From Iphione sp. A-MEVVRFRX5 (lineage: Eukaryota), in assembly GCA_976226885.1 (NCBI GenBank), contig OZ320318.1:32984001-33048000 (forward strand): DNA of 64,000 nucleotides, read 5' to 3'. Both the position numbers and the translations under genes were made by a program. Positions 25,615 to 36,935 of the stretch are shown one piece after another; positions within the stretch are counted from its first letter, which is position 1; every line of letters starts with the position of its first letter. The notes under the pieces are model-generated. The model did not search any database and was not told the DNA's origin. It saw only the letters and a list, made by a program, of their open reading frames with translations.

Positions 25615-26415
25615 GTGTGCAGGAGCTAAGCACCGCATACCATACATTAGTATATATATGCAGGGGTACAGCACTGCATATGGTAAAATGATTGCACTTT
25701 GATCATGCAATATATCCTGTAAATCATTATGATGATGCTACAATCAAATTAAATTTGTTATGCTCAACACAGGTGTATTACTCCAGCTAAACATATGGTT
25801 ATGACGCATTCTGACTAACAAACCAGAGATGCAGGGGCATAGCACTGCATCTAAAATTATCCAGCAAGCTTATAATTATATCAACACCACAACTATTGAT
25901 GTATGACAGACACGGAGCACTACTTCCATAGAAAGTATGTAGTAGCTAGCAGTGTGGATATATACAACTAGGTATTCATAGGGCCTCAGCACCATGTATA
26001 CCACGGTTAAATGAAAGATACAGAAGTGCCTTTTAGCGTAACGTGCTGGTTTGTAATACAATCAAACCAGTGATCTGTAAATTAAATAGTATCTACATAC
26101 AGGAGTCAAGCACCGTATGTAATAGAGTACATAATATAGGGTGCAATATAGCATCCTGTGTGAAACCATAGAGAAGAGCTGAATTGATTACCACTCAAAG
26201 AGTATTTTAATCTGGTAAAGTCAACAATGTTGCTCTATACTACTGGTTGGCACACCTGTCTCCATATGTACATACAGGAGCATAGCACTTCATGTACTAA
26301 AGCTGAGCTGAGATAGTAGTTCACCCGAGTGAATGTCCTAGTTTAATACCTTAACACGACAATGAATTCAAGGAAAATTAGTAAATTCTACACACAGGAG
26401 CTTAGCACCGTGTGT
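25615..26415. repeat. Array of seven 26-bp imperfect palindromes with a conserved 14-nt core and variable spacers
   Basis: Copies at 25615, 25656, 25827, 25974, 26095, 26270 and 26390. Core approximately AGGRGYNNAGCACY. The 6-bp arms differ between copies but are largely complementary within each copy. Confidence 0.75.
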
Positions 26416-26789
26416 ACAACAAAATAGATAACAATAATACTCACCAAGTTATGTAGTTTGAAGGGTAAGCGATGCTTACCGGAGGCTAACTGGAAATGTT
26501 TAATGTATCTCCCTCTATTTTCAGTGGTAAGTTTATCATACCCTGATGATGTGCAATCAACTACAGCTGTCTATTGAGCAATGGGGGCTGTGAATAGATG
26601 ACTGTACAAGTCATCGCTTTCTATCATTCACCTAACCATCCATGTCATCCCTCAGCTGAACATCATCACTGTCGATGGCAGATAAGTGAAATGTGTTTGG
26701 ATACTATCTTGGTACACTATTTAAGTTTGGTTTACTGTATGTGTATTAATAATAGTGCATGTATGTGGGGTTTCTTTAAACCAAGATGA

Positions 26790-29560
26790 TGACTGAGACA
26801 AAACTAGGATACATTAATGCACGTAGTGGCTGGAAAAATATAGATCAGATTAGGGACTTGTTGTATCAACAAAACTGGGAGATTTTATTCATATCTTAAA
26901 CATGGTTACATCGTGATATACCTGACCAAATGATGGAAATTATGGGTTACAATATGTATAGGCTAGACCGTATCCATACAAAGAGAATCAGAGGTGGGGG
27001 CTTGCTAGTCTACTTCAGGAACTTACTGAAGCTTGAGATCCAACATGATGAAAATCAAAGCAATGACAACTTGGTGATCGAGGTGATCTTGCTAAAGTTA
27101 TGGTGCATTAAGTGCTATGTGCATATTGTAGGCTGTTACAGATCACCAAGAGGTGATTAAGGTGGTTTGATTATGCATTTGAAGCGGAAGTTGCTTTCTG
27201 TGGAAGGGTTGAATTGTAGGAAATATGTGATCATGGGGGATCTTAATGTCAACCTCTCTAATAAGAAAAGCGTACATTATGGGATGCTGGAGGAGTTTAT
27301 CTTAGATAGTGGAGGATATCAATTGATAAGGACCCCCACGAGGATAACAATAAATAGTGTGACTATACCTGACTTAATTATCACAAACATTGGCGAGATA
27401 ATGACAGTAGGTGTTGTGCAGGCATCCTTCAGTGACCATGAAGCCATTACAACTACCCTACCAGGTCCCAAAATGCAGGGTGTAGAATGGCGATGGGTGT
27501 GGGACTCTAAACATTTTGATCAGACCAATTACCTAAACAAAGTGCAGACTGAGATAATGTGGATAATGAACGAAAATATGGGAGTTAACATTAGATGGGA
27601 AACAGCTAAAACTATAATTGCTGGTTTATATGATAATATGAAGCCTCTTGTCTGAAGGAGGCTAAAAATAAAAAGGACACCATGGATGAATGGTAATGTC
27701 TATAGCAAGATAAGGGCCAGGGAAAAGTTATACCATGATGCCAAGCAGTCAAATCATCCAGACGATTGGATTCTATTTCGAATAAAGCAGGAGCAAGTGT
27801 GTAAATTGATCAGGAGGGCTAAGGGAGATTACATAGCAAACCAAGCTAGGGAGTTGCATATGAAAACCAGTTTTGGTTAGAATACCAAGAGTTGTGCTGA
27901 AATACAACTGAAAAGCGAGGGATGCCAAATTATGGCAGAACAGGTACCCGATGCAATAAATGATTATTTTACTAGCATAGGGAGGAGGATTAATATTCAA
28001 TTAGGAGGAGAGCCGGAACCTGCTTGTAGTAGGATAGGGGTGCTTAGGGATGATAAATTAGAGGCCTTTCAGGTAAATACTGTGGAGGTGATGAAGCTAT
28101 TAAAAACCTTCAAAAATCACAAGGCCTCTAAAATAGGTGCAGTCCCACCAAAATTGTAAAGGAAATAGTTAAGAACAATATCCACTTCTTCACTGATTTA
28201 CTGAACCAGAGCTTCCTACAGTGCGAAGTTCCACAAGACTGGAAGAGTGCGAGTGTCACTCCCCTCTACAAAGGAGGGAAGAAAGACACAGTATCAAATT
28301 ACAGGCCGATTAGTCTATTGAGCATGCTAGCTAAATTACAGGAACAAATTGTCCACCAAATGTTCTATACACATTTGGAGGATAACAATATTTTGTCAGA
28401 GAATCAATTTGGCTTTAGACTGGGTCAGTCTACTGACCAGGCAATCTTCAAATTAATGAACAGGGTGCATGCAGGGCTGAATGAAGGAAAGTTTGTGGTT
28501 GCCATATTTATAGACTTTATGAAAGCATTTGACTCTGTAGACCATGCTATATATCTGGAAAGGATTAAGAACACAGGATTAGTTGATGCTAAACTGAAAT
28601 GGATAGTGAACTACCTAACAGGGCGCAGACAATGGGTGACCTGTAATGGGAAATGTTCAAAGTGGAGGCCCATCACCTGTGGAGTACCCCAGGGGTCAGT
28701 GCTAGGCCCCCTTTTCTTCCTAGTGTTTATAAACAGCCTAGCAGAGGTTAGCCAAGAAGCGATGACCATACTCTATGCAGATGATGTTGTGCTGGTTGTT
28801 GAAGGTGAGACCATTAATGAAACCAGGAGCAGGGTGAGGAGAGTATTGGATAGGGTTGGGGCATGGTCCACAGAGTCAAAGATTCAAATTAATACAAAGA
28901 AATCATATTGCATTAGCTTTACCTATGTTAGGGTGGTGGCGTGGGATGTAGGTGATAAGGTTAAAACTATGGGGTTTGATTTAGCAGTGACTAACTCTAC
29001 AAAATACCTGGGTGTAGTTATTGATAGGCGTCTCACCATGACTAAAAACCGAAAAATAATTGCTAAAAGATTGGCTGGACAACTGTGGTATGAGAAAAAT
29101 AAGGCATCTGATGACCCAGAGGGAAGCAGTCTTACTGGTAAAAGCAATGATCCTCCCAGTGAGTGAATATGCTATCTTTGTCAATACTCTTGATAATGCA
29201 AGACCACTGCAGAACATATGTAGGCTGCACAAGTGTCTCATCAATTTGGCCTTTGGCTATTGGAAAATAAACCTAGAGCAGGCAAAAAAACAGTTTACTT
29301 AGCTAAGAGATTTAAAACTGCTGCACTTTGGCTATGATCTATCCTCAAACAGAGAGGGTACCAGACATACTAGGAGCCACCTTAAGAAGGTGATCATCGT
29401 GCAATGTCCTAGGAAAGAAAGGTTTAAGAGTTGTGGGCATTATAGAAGCAGTAAACTATGGGATGCATTGCCGACAGACCTGACAAATAAAGATAAAAGA
29501 AATTTTAAACTGGGTTTAAAGTATAGATATAGGAGGTTCAGGGATTTGTTGAAAATTGCC
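26790..29560 (+). mobile_element. Degenerate CR1/L2-like LINE (APE endonuclease + RT)
   Basis: EN motifs GYINARS, YRLDR..RGGGLLVY, MGDLN, TPTRIT...PDLIITN and SDHEAI. RT motifs NYRPISL, QFGFR, DFMKAFDSVDH, GVPQGSVLGP, YADD and KYLGVVID. Many stops and frameshifts. Confidence 0.9.
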
Positions 29561-30183
29561 TAGATATCTGTCCCACACAATGGATGCATAATGCCACCTA
29601 CAAACGTGCACACAGGGTAAGGGGCACTGCCTCTACCCAGAGTGCAAAATGCAAGGTGCTCGTACAACAAAGATATTTTATTTTACTGCAAATAAAGGCT
29701 TATTATGGGAAAGGAACCCAGATATTGAGTAGTATCAAGACACAGACTATGACTAATGATCTGCCACTCATTAATTCGTGAATCACTCATCATTTCATTG
29801 TCATTATCATTCTCACATGGTCAGTCATTTATTGATCTTACCCTAATGCCATAACTAAGTTGGTGTAATGTGAGCATGCAAAGTAGGGTGAGATAGAGCC
29901 TATTGTTCATGTTTTAAGTGAGGTTTGATACTGGATTATATACTAAATGTATTGTGTCATCCAGTGGAAATGAAAAGTTTAAAAAAAAAGCCCCAAGCAT
30001 CGTGAGTTATTGACACAATATCTCCTCACACCCTCAGCCCCCTACCAACAGAAACCCTGAAATTCTCTGTGATCAGGATTAACCAAGACCGACCAGTAAG
30101 CATTGCAGATGTCACATGTACTCATTCATTCTCCACCTATGATGGAATTGCTAACATCATCAACTGACTTGTAACTAAAATCC

Positions 30184-30720
30184 CTATGGGTCACCTCCAT
30201 GAAATTTTACCTTACTGTCCTTCACATAAGACCTGATAGAGTATTTCTTCGCCTCTTCCCTTGATTTTTGCCTCTTCCTCCTCGAGCTGGAGTCATTGTT
30301 GGACACATCTGAATCCTTGTTGTCCTCCAAATTTGAGTTGCTTCTGATGTCCTCCTTGGTTGATTCACTAGGAGTCTTCTCCGTCTTGCTGGACACCAGG
30401 GCTTCTAACATCGTCTCTAGGTGTTCAAACCTACTCTTGCCCATTTCTTCATGAGAATTAACAGTAGAATTTGTTTTCTCACCCGCAAAAAACTTCAGCA
30501 GGAGTCTTCGTACAATTTTTCCCCATTGGAGATTTGTGCTTAATGTCACACTTCTTGCAGTATTTCTCCATTTTGGGAACACAAGAGTAAAATGTCTTCA
30601 CTCCATAAGAAATTAAATGAGTGTGTTGTTATAGAAGGCGGTGGTCATGGACTCGAAATATGTTGCTTGGTTACACAAATAACAATGGTGCTATTATGAC
30701 ATATATCTGATATAATGAAT
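30184..30720 (-). mobile_element. 5' part of Ngaro-type element 2 (A1 repeat + truncated gag, ATG at 30571)
   Basis: MEKYCKKCDIKHKSPMGKNC and RFEHLETMLEALVSSK are homologous to Gag of element 1. 30677-30709 is identical (33 nt) to 23863-23895 in the A2 repeat. Confidence 0.8.
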
Positions 30721-30731
30721 TATATAAATAT

Positions 30732-32330
30732 ATATTGATTGAACAACTGACACACACAAGTTGGGGGTTGGACACAATTTGGGGCTTTATTCAAGAAAAA
30801 ATAAAATTTTTCAAAGTAAGTGTCGTTGATACCCAAAATGTTCCATGGTATACATATGTACGTCATCAGGTAACCAACTACAATGCTAGGTTGGCTAGGT
30901 GATTGAGATGCAGCTCTGACGTTGCCCATGCCAATATACATATAAATCCCTTATATGGCATATTGAATGAACAACTGACACACACAAATTGGGGGTTAGA
31001 CACAATTTGAGGCCAACCCCAAAGACGAAGAAAAAACAAGATCTTCCTTATACAAGTGGTCAGTAGAAGGTTTTAAATAAGCGTAGACTGCATTACTCTT
31101 CCAATTACCCCTTGACTTGATGGAATAGATAGGTACCCCTAGACTTGCCATGTGTGAAGCACCACCTCTCCTTAATGAGTGTGAAGTAATCCTACCAGCT
31201 ATGCCAGCTTCATTGCTATAGAACTTTAGCTTAGCCTGAAAATCTTCATACTCAAAAAGGCAAAACGAACCAAAACTCCTGTAACTCAACACTGGGTCCG
31301 ACGGTGACATCTTGAACAAGGTGAAAATTACCCTTAACCAATTACAGAGACAGAATCTTTTATCCCCACAATTAGACACAACAACATCTTTAGGATTCTC
31401 ACCAAATTGATCTGTCTTAGACTTCAAAACACGAATGATAACACCCTTCTCATTAAAAGTCACATCTCCTCTGCAAAGACCACCTCTACCTGTATACTGC
31501 CTTTTCCGCAATAGACACCTAAAACCCAACAATAAGGCGCACCAGAAAAGGTAATCATAAACCCTTGAAAACTTCAAAACATTAAAAATCTGCACCAAAT
31601 CCTTACTAGTCACTCCCTTGGCCACTAGGGACGGACCTTTGAAGCATCTCTTCAAACCATTAACCATCCATTTGACATTATAATCATGAATGTCAGGACA
31701 CAACAATCCCCTTTTCTTGTGCTCATAGATAACTCCACTCAAAAAATTTACAACTGAACTTGGAGACATAACAAAAGACAAGTAGGCACAATACCTCCTA
31801 ACTGAGTCTGACTACAAGGATACTTAGTCAACCCATATTTCCTACAAAAACCATAATACACCTCCTCCTGTCTCCTCCTTGTTTTCTGGGTGTTCTCAGA
31901 AAAAGCTGACTCCTTCGAATCCAGCATCCTCGGATCCAGCCTCCGAGTTTCCTCTGCAACCAATAAGAAAGGCCTTACAGCAGGCTGTCCTAACCCAGAG
32001 ATTCCATCTATCATCATTGCAAGACAAATCATTGAGAGGCAATCAGCTACCACGTTATCCTTGGTGCTGACATATTCACAAACTAGATGAATATTAAATA
32101 CCATACATGTCCAAAAAATCTCTTTCAACCATGCCATTCATACTTTATTCACACTCCTACCGGTTTTCAACATAAACATGACTTGAGTATTATCCACTTA
32201 GAAAAGGACTGTACTATGCTTCAAAATAGTCTCCCATCTCTTCAGTGCGACAACGACTGGCCATAACTCCAAAACATTAATATTCTTTTCACCCATAGGA
32301 ATACAAGGAACCTTCTCGTAATGATATAAA
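30732..32330 (-). mobile_element. 5'-truncated Ngaro-type element 3 (RNase H remnant, YR, B1-A2-B2)
   Basis: RNase H remnant NINVLELWPVVVALKRW...VDNT. B repeats at 30960-31013 and 30732-30785. The intervening A starts TGCCATATAAGGGATTTATATG, similar to A of element 1. Confidence 0.85.
30996..31781 (-). CDS. Tyrosine recombinase of element 3 (N-terminus in another frame upstream)
   Basis: GFRCLLRK, SKTDQ, SHSLRRGG and RGNWKSNAVYAY give the full R-K-HxxR-W-Y set. Confidence 0.85.
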   Translation of the reverse strand: MSFVMSPSSVVNFLSGVIYEHKKRGLLCPDIHDYNVKWMVNGLKRCFKGPSLVAKGVTSKDLVQIFNVLKFSRVYDYLFWCALLLGFRCLLRKRQYTGRGGLCRGDVTFNEKGVIIRVLKSKTDQFGENPKDVVVSNCGDKRFCLCNWLRVIFTLFKMSPSDPVLSYRSFGSFCLFEYEDFQAKLKFYSNEAGIAGRITSHSLRRGGASHMASLGVPIYSIKSRGNWKSNAVYAYLKPSTDHLYKEDLVFSSSLGLASNCV

Positions 32331-32344
32331 TGTACATTTTTTTG

Positions 32345-33533
32345 TGGTCAGAAGTGTAATTTTTCTAAAAGAAAAAATTGTATTTCCACTAGACTCCAGC
32401 ATTTGATGCCCCATTTGCAGGGTTTGTTTGGCACAAATTGCTTGAAGCCTAATTTCCCCTTATATCTGAACATGGACTCATCGATCACCTCTAGAGGTCT
32501 TGGTCTTGGTCTGTATACCGTTGCAGCTATCACAGTAGATATTTTGAAGAATCCATCCACTTTCCATGTCAGTCAATAGTCACGATCAGTCTTGTCTGGG
32601 CTCTTGCCAACGTCATAGAGGCATAGGTACCTGCAACAGAGGTGATCAAATAATAAGTAAAATGTATTTTAAAATAGTATTTACATGGATATGATGGACC
32701 AATTGGAAAAATATATCACAAAATAATAAAAGGGAATATCATTGTGATCAAGCAACGAGACCCTACCTTATAATTTGACAGAATCTGTCACAATGAATGA
32801 TTTTCGCAAAGAACAGTATTAGTAGAGATTCCAGGGCCCTTTTTGGCATATGCATTGGTGTGGTCGATGATCAGTCTGAGTAGAGTGATGGAGAGGAATA
32901 AACTAAGGAATTCAAGTGGCCTGCTTGAAGGTCTAAGTTGAATGTTATCTTGTATGCCTGGTTTTTCTCCATCAAAGAGCTGCTCTTCTACTTTTATTTC
33001 TTCTTTGAGAACCTCCCATTCATTTTCATCATTTCTGTTGTCGTCATTATGCACTGATTCATTGTTGTCACTCAGCAACTTGTCAGACGACGAACTAGAT
33101 CCATCACCAATTCCCTGTTCCAAGAGTCTCAACACTGCTAGAGGCAGGTTGTCCTCCTCAAAACCAGAACCTGATGAAAAATCAGCTTCGTCCTCAGTAA
33201 AAGAGTTACCGTCATTGTTTTCATCCATACTGAAATGTAGAGAGTCGTCCGCAGGTGCCCGACAGCATCAACACGTCAAAATACGTCATTTCGAACACTT
33301 TGCATGGTTACCCATAGCAACGCACTTGTCTTAGCATTAATTAATGTCTATTCTTTACTTATAACCACCTCCCATAATATTAAAAATAATGGTTCACCCT
33401 TAAAGTACACTTCAAATCATGTAGGTTAAATATAATGCATAAACGCATTATGCGCCATCAGCACAGGAATGCGTTGAGGCACTATCCACCCAGACCACGG
33501 GAATGTGTCAGTCTACTATGCTCCGTCAAAAGG
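32345..33533 (-). mobile_element. piggyBac relic (5' TIR, internally deleted and truncated transposase)
   Basis: TTAA (33534-33537) followed on the minus strand by CCTTTTGACGG. Acidic N-terminus with PLEFLSLFL...IIDHTNAYA, and catalytic-region IDESMFRYKGKLGFKQFVPNKPCKWGIKCW. Confidence 0.85.
32631..32766 (-). other. GT-AG intron (136 nt) in the piggyBac transposase
   Basis: Donor AAG|GTAGGG and acceptor TGTTGCAG|GTAC. Splicing restores FAKIIHCDRFCQIIR-YLCLYD, matching the family motif M.RDRF.QILRYLHL.D. Confidence 0.7.
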
Positions 33534-34033
33534 TTAATATTGTTTTTAACCTTGAATAATAAAATATGATCGCTTCCTCTGTGTGTGCGTGGGTGGTGTG
33601 TGTGTTTGGTGGGGAGGGGTACTAGCGTGCAATATGTCATCTAACTAAAAAATACATCGACAGTGATAATCAAACAGGTAAAAACTGTGTAAACCTAGAC
33701 GGCTTGCAAACCAAATTCAGTTGTGGGGCTTCAGTCGCATTTGTCCTCTGTTTGACCCCATCCTCCTACCGGCCGCTCACTTCTTCCTACCATCCGTCAA
33801 CCAACCGACCCACCTTGCTGCTCCCGGTAACTGCATTATGCGAACCAGAGGCAATCCCCCACAGGGGCCTCACGGTGTGCCCCACTGCCTACACACCCGA
33901 TAGCGCCTCTTATCCAGAAACCTTGTGGACCTGTGACTAAAACAGCAATACTTTCATGCCCCTCACATTATTTCTCTCCAATCCCAAGGTACAGAGACGC
34001 CATCCACGGAAACAGGATATCCGCGGCTGCTCT

Positions 34034-34078
34034 TGGCATGCGCAGTGACATCCGGTACGAGAGGCTCGGAAGTCACTG
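34034..34078. promoter_or_regulatory. Promoter-like cluster (NRF1-like GCATGCGC plus inverted ETS-like CCGGA/CGGAAGT sites)
   Basis: GGCATGCGCAGTGACATCCGG...CGGAAGTCACTG with a CAGTGAC/GTCACTG inverted repeat. Motif match only. Confidence 0.3.
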
Positions 34079-34278
34079 AAGGCACCTAATTGAATCCTAC
34101 AGGAACTAAAGAGTGACCGAGAATGTCGGGTTGAGAATGGATGTGTGCGTGAACCAGTCTGAAAATATTATACATTGTACTCATATTGGATGATAAAACA
34201 AAGTATCATAGACTGATTCTAAATGGAAATGGTGTTAGTATAAGTATGAGTAAGATCCACCAGCTTTTCCTACTATAC

Positions 34279-34281
<3 letters not shown>

Positions 34282-34365
<84 letters not shown>
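34282..34365 (+). repeat. (CT)n microsatellite
   Basis: Read directly. Confidence 0.95.
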
Positions 34366-34367
<2 letters not shown>

Positions 34368-36657
34368 CCTCTTTCTCTCTCTGTCGCTCAGTCGTTCTCT
34401 TTCCTTCGACTCGACATGCATGTTCACATGTATAAGCCTACTTAAATTTCTGCATATTACTGTCTTTATTGCTTTCTTTTGTAACTCGTTCCAAATTCTC
34501 TAAATTGTACCTGTGGATAAAGATGGCGTTAGAAGAAATGTGTTCACTTTTATCATCGATTCTCCACTAGCTGTTCATCCGTGGATCATTCCTTGCCGCT
34601 AGACCCTCGCTGTCTATACACTGTCGGTATAAACAAGGTCTAATTTTCCCATTCGTCACCTGTGGCTTGTCCGTCCTCGTGTTACGGGTAATAATAACCT
34701 TGTAGACCCATGTGACTGGCAGTGTGTCTTTGAACATCCAATTTAGTTTATTCTGCTTGCTCTCACTAAGTTTCCTAGGCGTCTCTCTCTATGAAAATCG
34801 CACTTAAAATGAAAACAGATTGATTAACTAAACATAATTCTATGAAACAAGGCCAATTCGATTAAAGAGGTCCGATCTGTAAGCGAGCGTCATGTTTAAT
34901 TGGAAAATGTTGACAAGTGTATCCTACTTACTGTCTGCAATGTATATTCTTTTGTATTGTATATGTATTTGTAATATAAAAAAGTAAGTAATTTTCTGAA
35001 GAAATCATTATAGGTTCTAGAGAGTCCAATCCTACTGGTAAGAGAAAATAATAATTTAAGAAAACATTATTCAGAGCCAGATATGCACACTTTATTGTAC
35101 ACTTTATTGTAAAAATTGACAAAACGAGACATAATTACCATATCAACCATGTGATGACGTATCAGCAAAAACGGACACAAATACTCTATACATAACTACT
35201 ACAAACACATTGTTCTGAGTGCCAACTCACATCATGGTACACAAGGTGAAGGTGTGCTGATTAGCCCAATGATACCTGCCAGCCGGCAACAGCACCGCAG
35301 GCCCTAATTAAGTGTGGGTGTGCTAGCGTCATTACTTAGTACACCTGATGGGAACACACTTTAACAAGGAGCTCAGGTCTCTTACAGCTGTGCGCCGTCC
35401 GTATGATCAAAGCTGCTCCTTTCGCCACCCTGGAGGTTTGCCGATTTTTCTAAAGCTTAACACGCACATTCCACATGCTTTATTTGGGTGTGGCCGGACT
35501 GAGTGGGCGGTAATCTCACTTTTGTAGAACGAAATGAAAAAGGGAAGGTATAAATAACCCCCAAAGTACTTCAAATCGTATACTGTAACAGTGGGTGTGG
35601 GTATGGTCAATCTCTTGGTGATAACCTATTGGTCACTCTTTGTCTCAAGGGGTCAGTACATTGCACGCGTTAAGCTTTAAGATATGAAAAGTCGCTAAAG
35701 GAAACAACGAAGGAACCTTGCAAGTGGAATGAAAATCGCGATGTAATTCCGTGTGAATTAAAAAAAATTACTTGGACAAATTCTTCATTGCAGTATCCCC
35801 ATGTTCGTAATAAATTCGACAATGATCTTTCCATAGACCACCTCTAGGTTCCTCTGCGTATAAATCTGCGCGTCTACCAGCTTATTACCGAAGATATAAT
35901 TTCGTCGGTCCTCAAAGGGTTAACGTTTAGTTTGCCTCGGTCTATTCCCTCTGGCGCTGAGATTGTCTTTTGGCGGAATTCCTATCCATTGGGTAGAGAT
36001 GCATACATGTATATATATATCATATATATTTAAAGATTAGACTGAATTATCGCATAATACACTAAATATCTATACCTATTCTAGTAATCCTTTGACGGAA
36101 AATATGTGTGGCAGGTTTGAAATGGATGATTATGGTGATTCCTGTCATGAATGAAACGTGTTATTAAAATTTGCTAAGCAAATATAAGAAATGATGTAAA
36201 TATTATGAACAAACTATCTAATAATGCATTGGAAAATGTTCTAAAACGATAAGTTCGAAACGGAAGTTCACTGCCTCTTCAGCTTAGCAAGGAAAAAAAA
36301 CTGAAATAAGAAAGAAGGAAAATATTGTTTCCATGCAAATGTGTGCAGCATGTATATTCTTTAACAAAAGAAAGATCGGTTCACAGAGGCAGTGACCGAC
36401 GAAGACAGAAGCAGACGTAGAGAATTGGAAGGGGACGCTTTTACGGTCTACAAGTGCCTTCGGTGCCTGCATGCACATGCAAGCCCGCCAACACACACAC
36501 ATTCTCCAATGCTACGTGTTGTTTACTTTTCTTTCAAAAGGCAAATGCCATCTTTATTAACCCATGTAGGAGTAGAATAGTACTTTGTGCTTGTTTTCTA
36601 AACATTTTACAGATATCATTTTTAAGGAGTCATACACTTGATGTTTTGCACTAACTA

Positions 36658-36935
36658 GGCAAAAAAATAGGTGTTTCTGGTAACCCACCCCTCTATAGTA
36701 AAACCTCACCCTACCTGAACATTTTTGGCCCCAAAGAGTTTCCAAGGCTGAATTTCCTTAGATATGTGTTTTCATGACACATGTTTTTGGTAAATTCAGT
36801 AGAAAAGCAACAAAATCCATGCATGGAAATTCCTTAAAAACACTGTAAAACTTATACAGATTAGTTAAAATTCTTGATATTGCCTTTATTATTATTGAAA
36901 ACCAGAGGAAGAAACTGGAAAAATCTAAAAAAAAC
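36658..36935 (+). mobile_element. Zator-like MITE, family B, 3'-truncated copy
   Basis: GGCAAAAAAATAGGTGTTTCTGGTAACCCACCCC...CTCACCCTACC...GAGTTTCCAAGGCTGAATTTCCTTAGAT aligns with 14808 onward. Confidence 0.75.

Noticed and set aside
25615-26415. CRISPR array interpretation of the palindrome array
   Set aside because: The context is eukaryotic with no cas genes, the repeats are not identical, and spacer lengths vary widely.
34186-34503. ORFs with SLSLSL or RERERE tracts (also 3586-3939)
   Set aside because: They are translations of (CT)n/(GA)n microsatellites.
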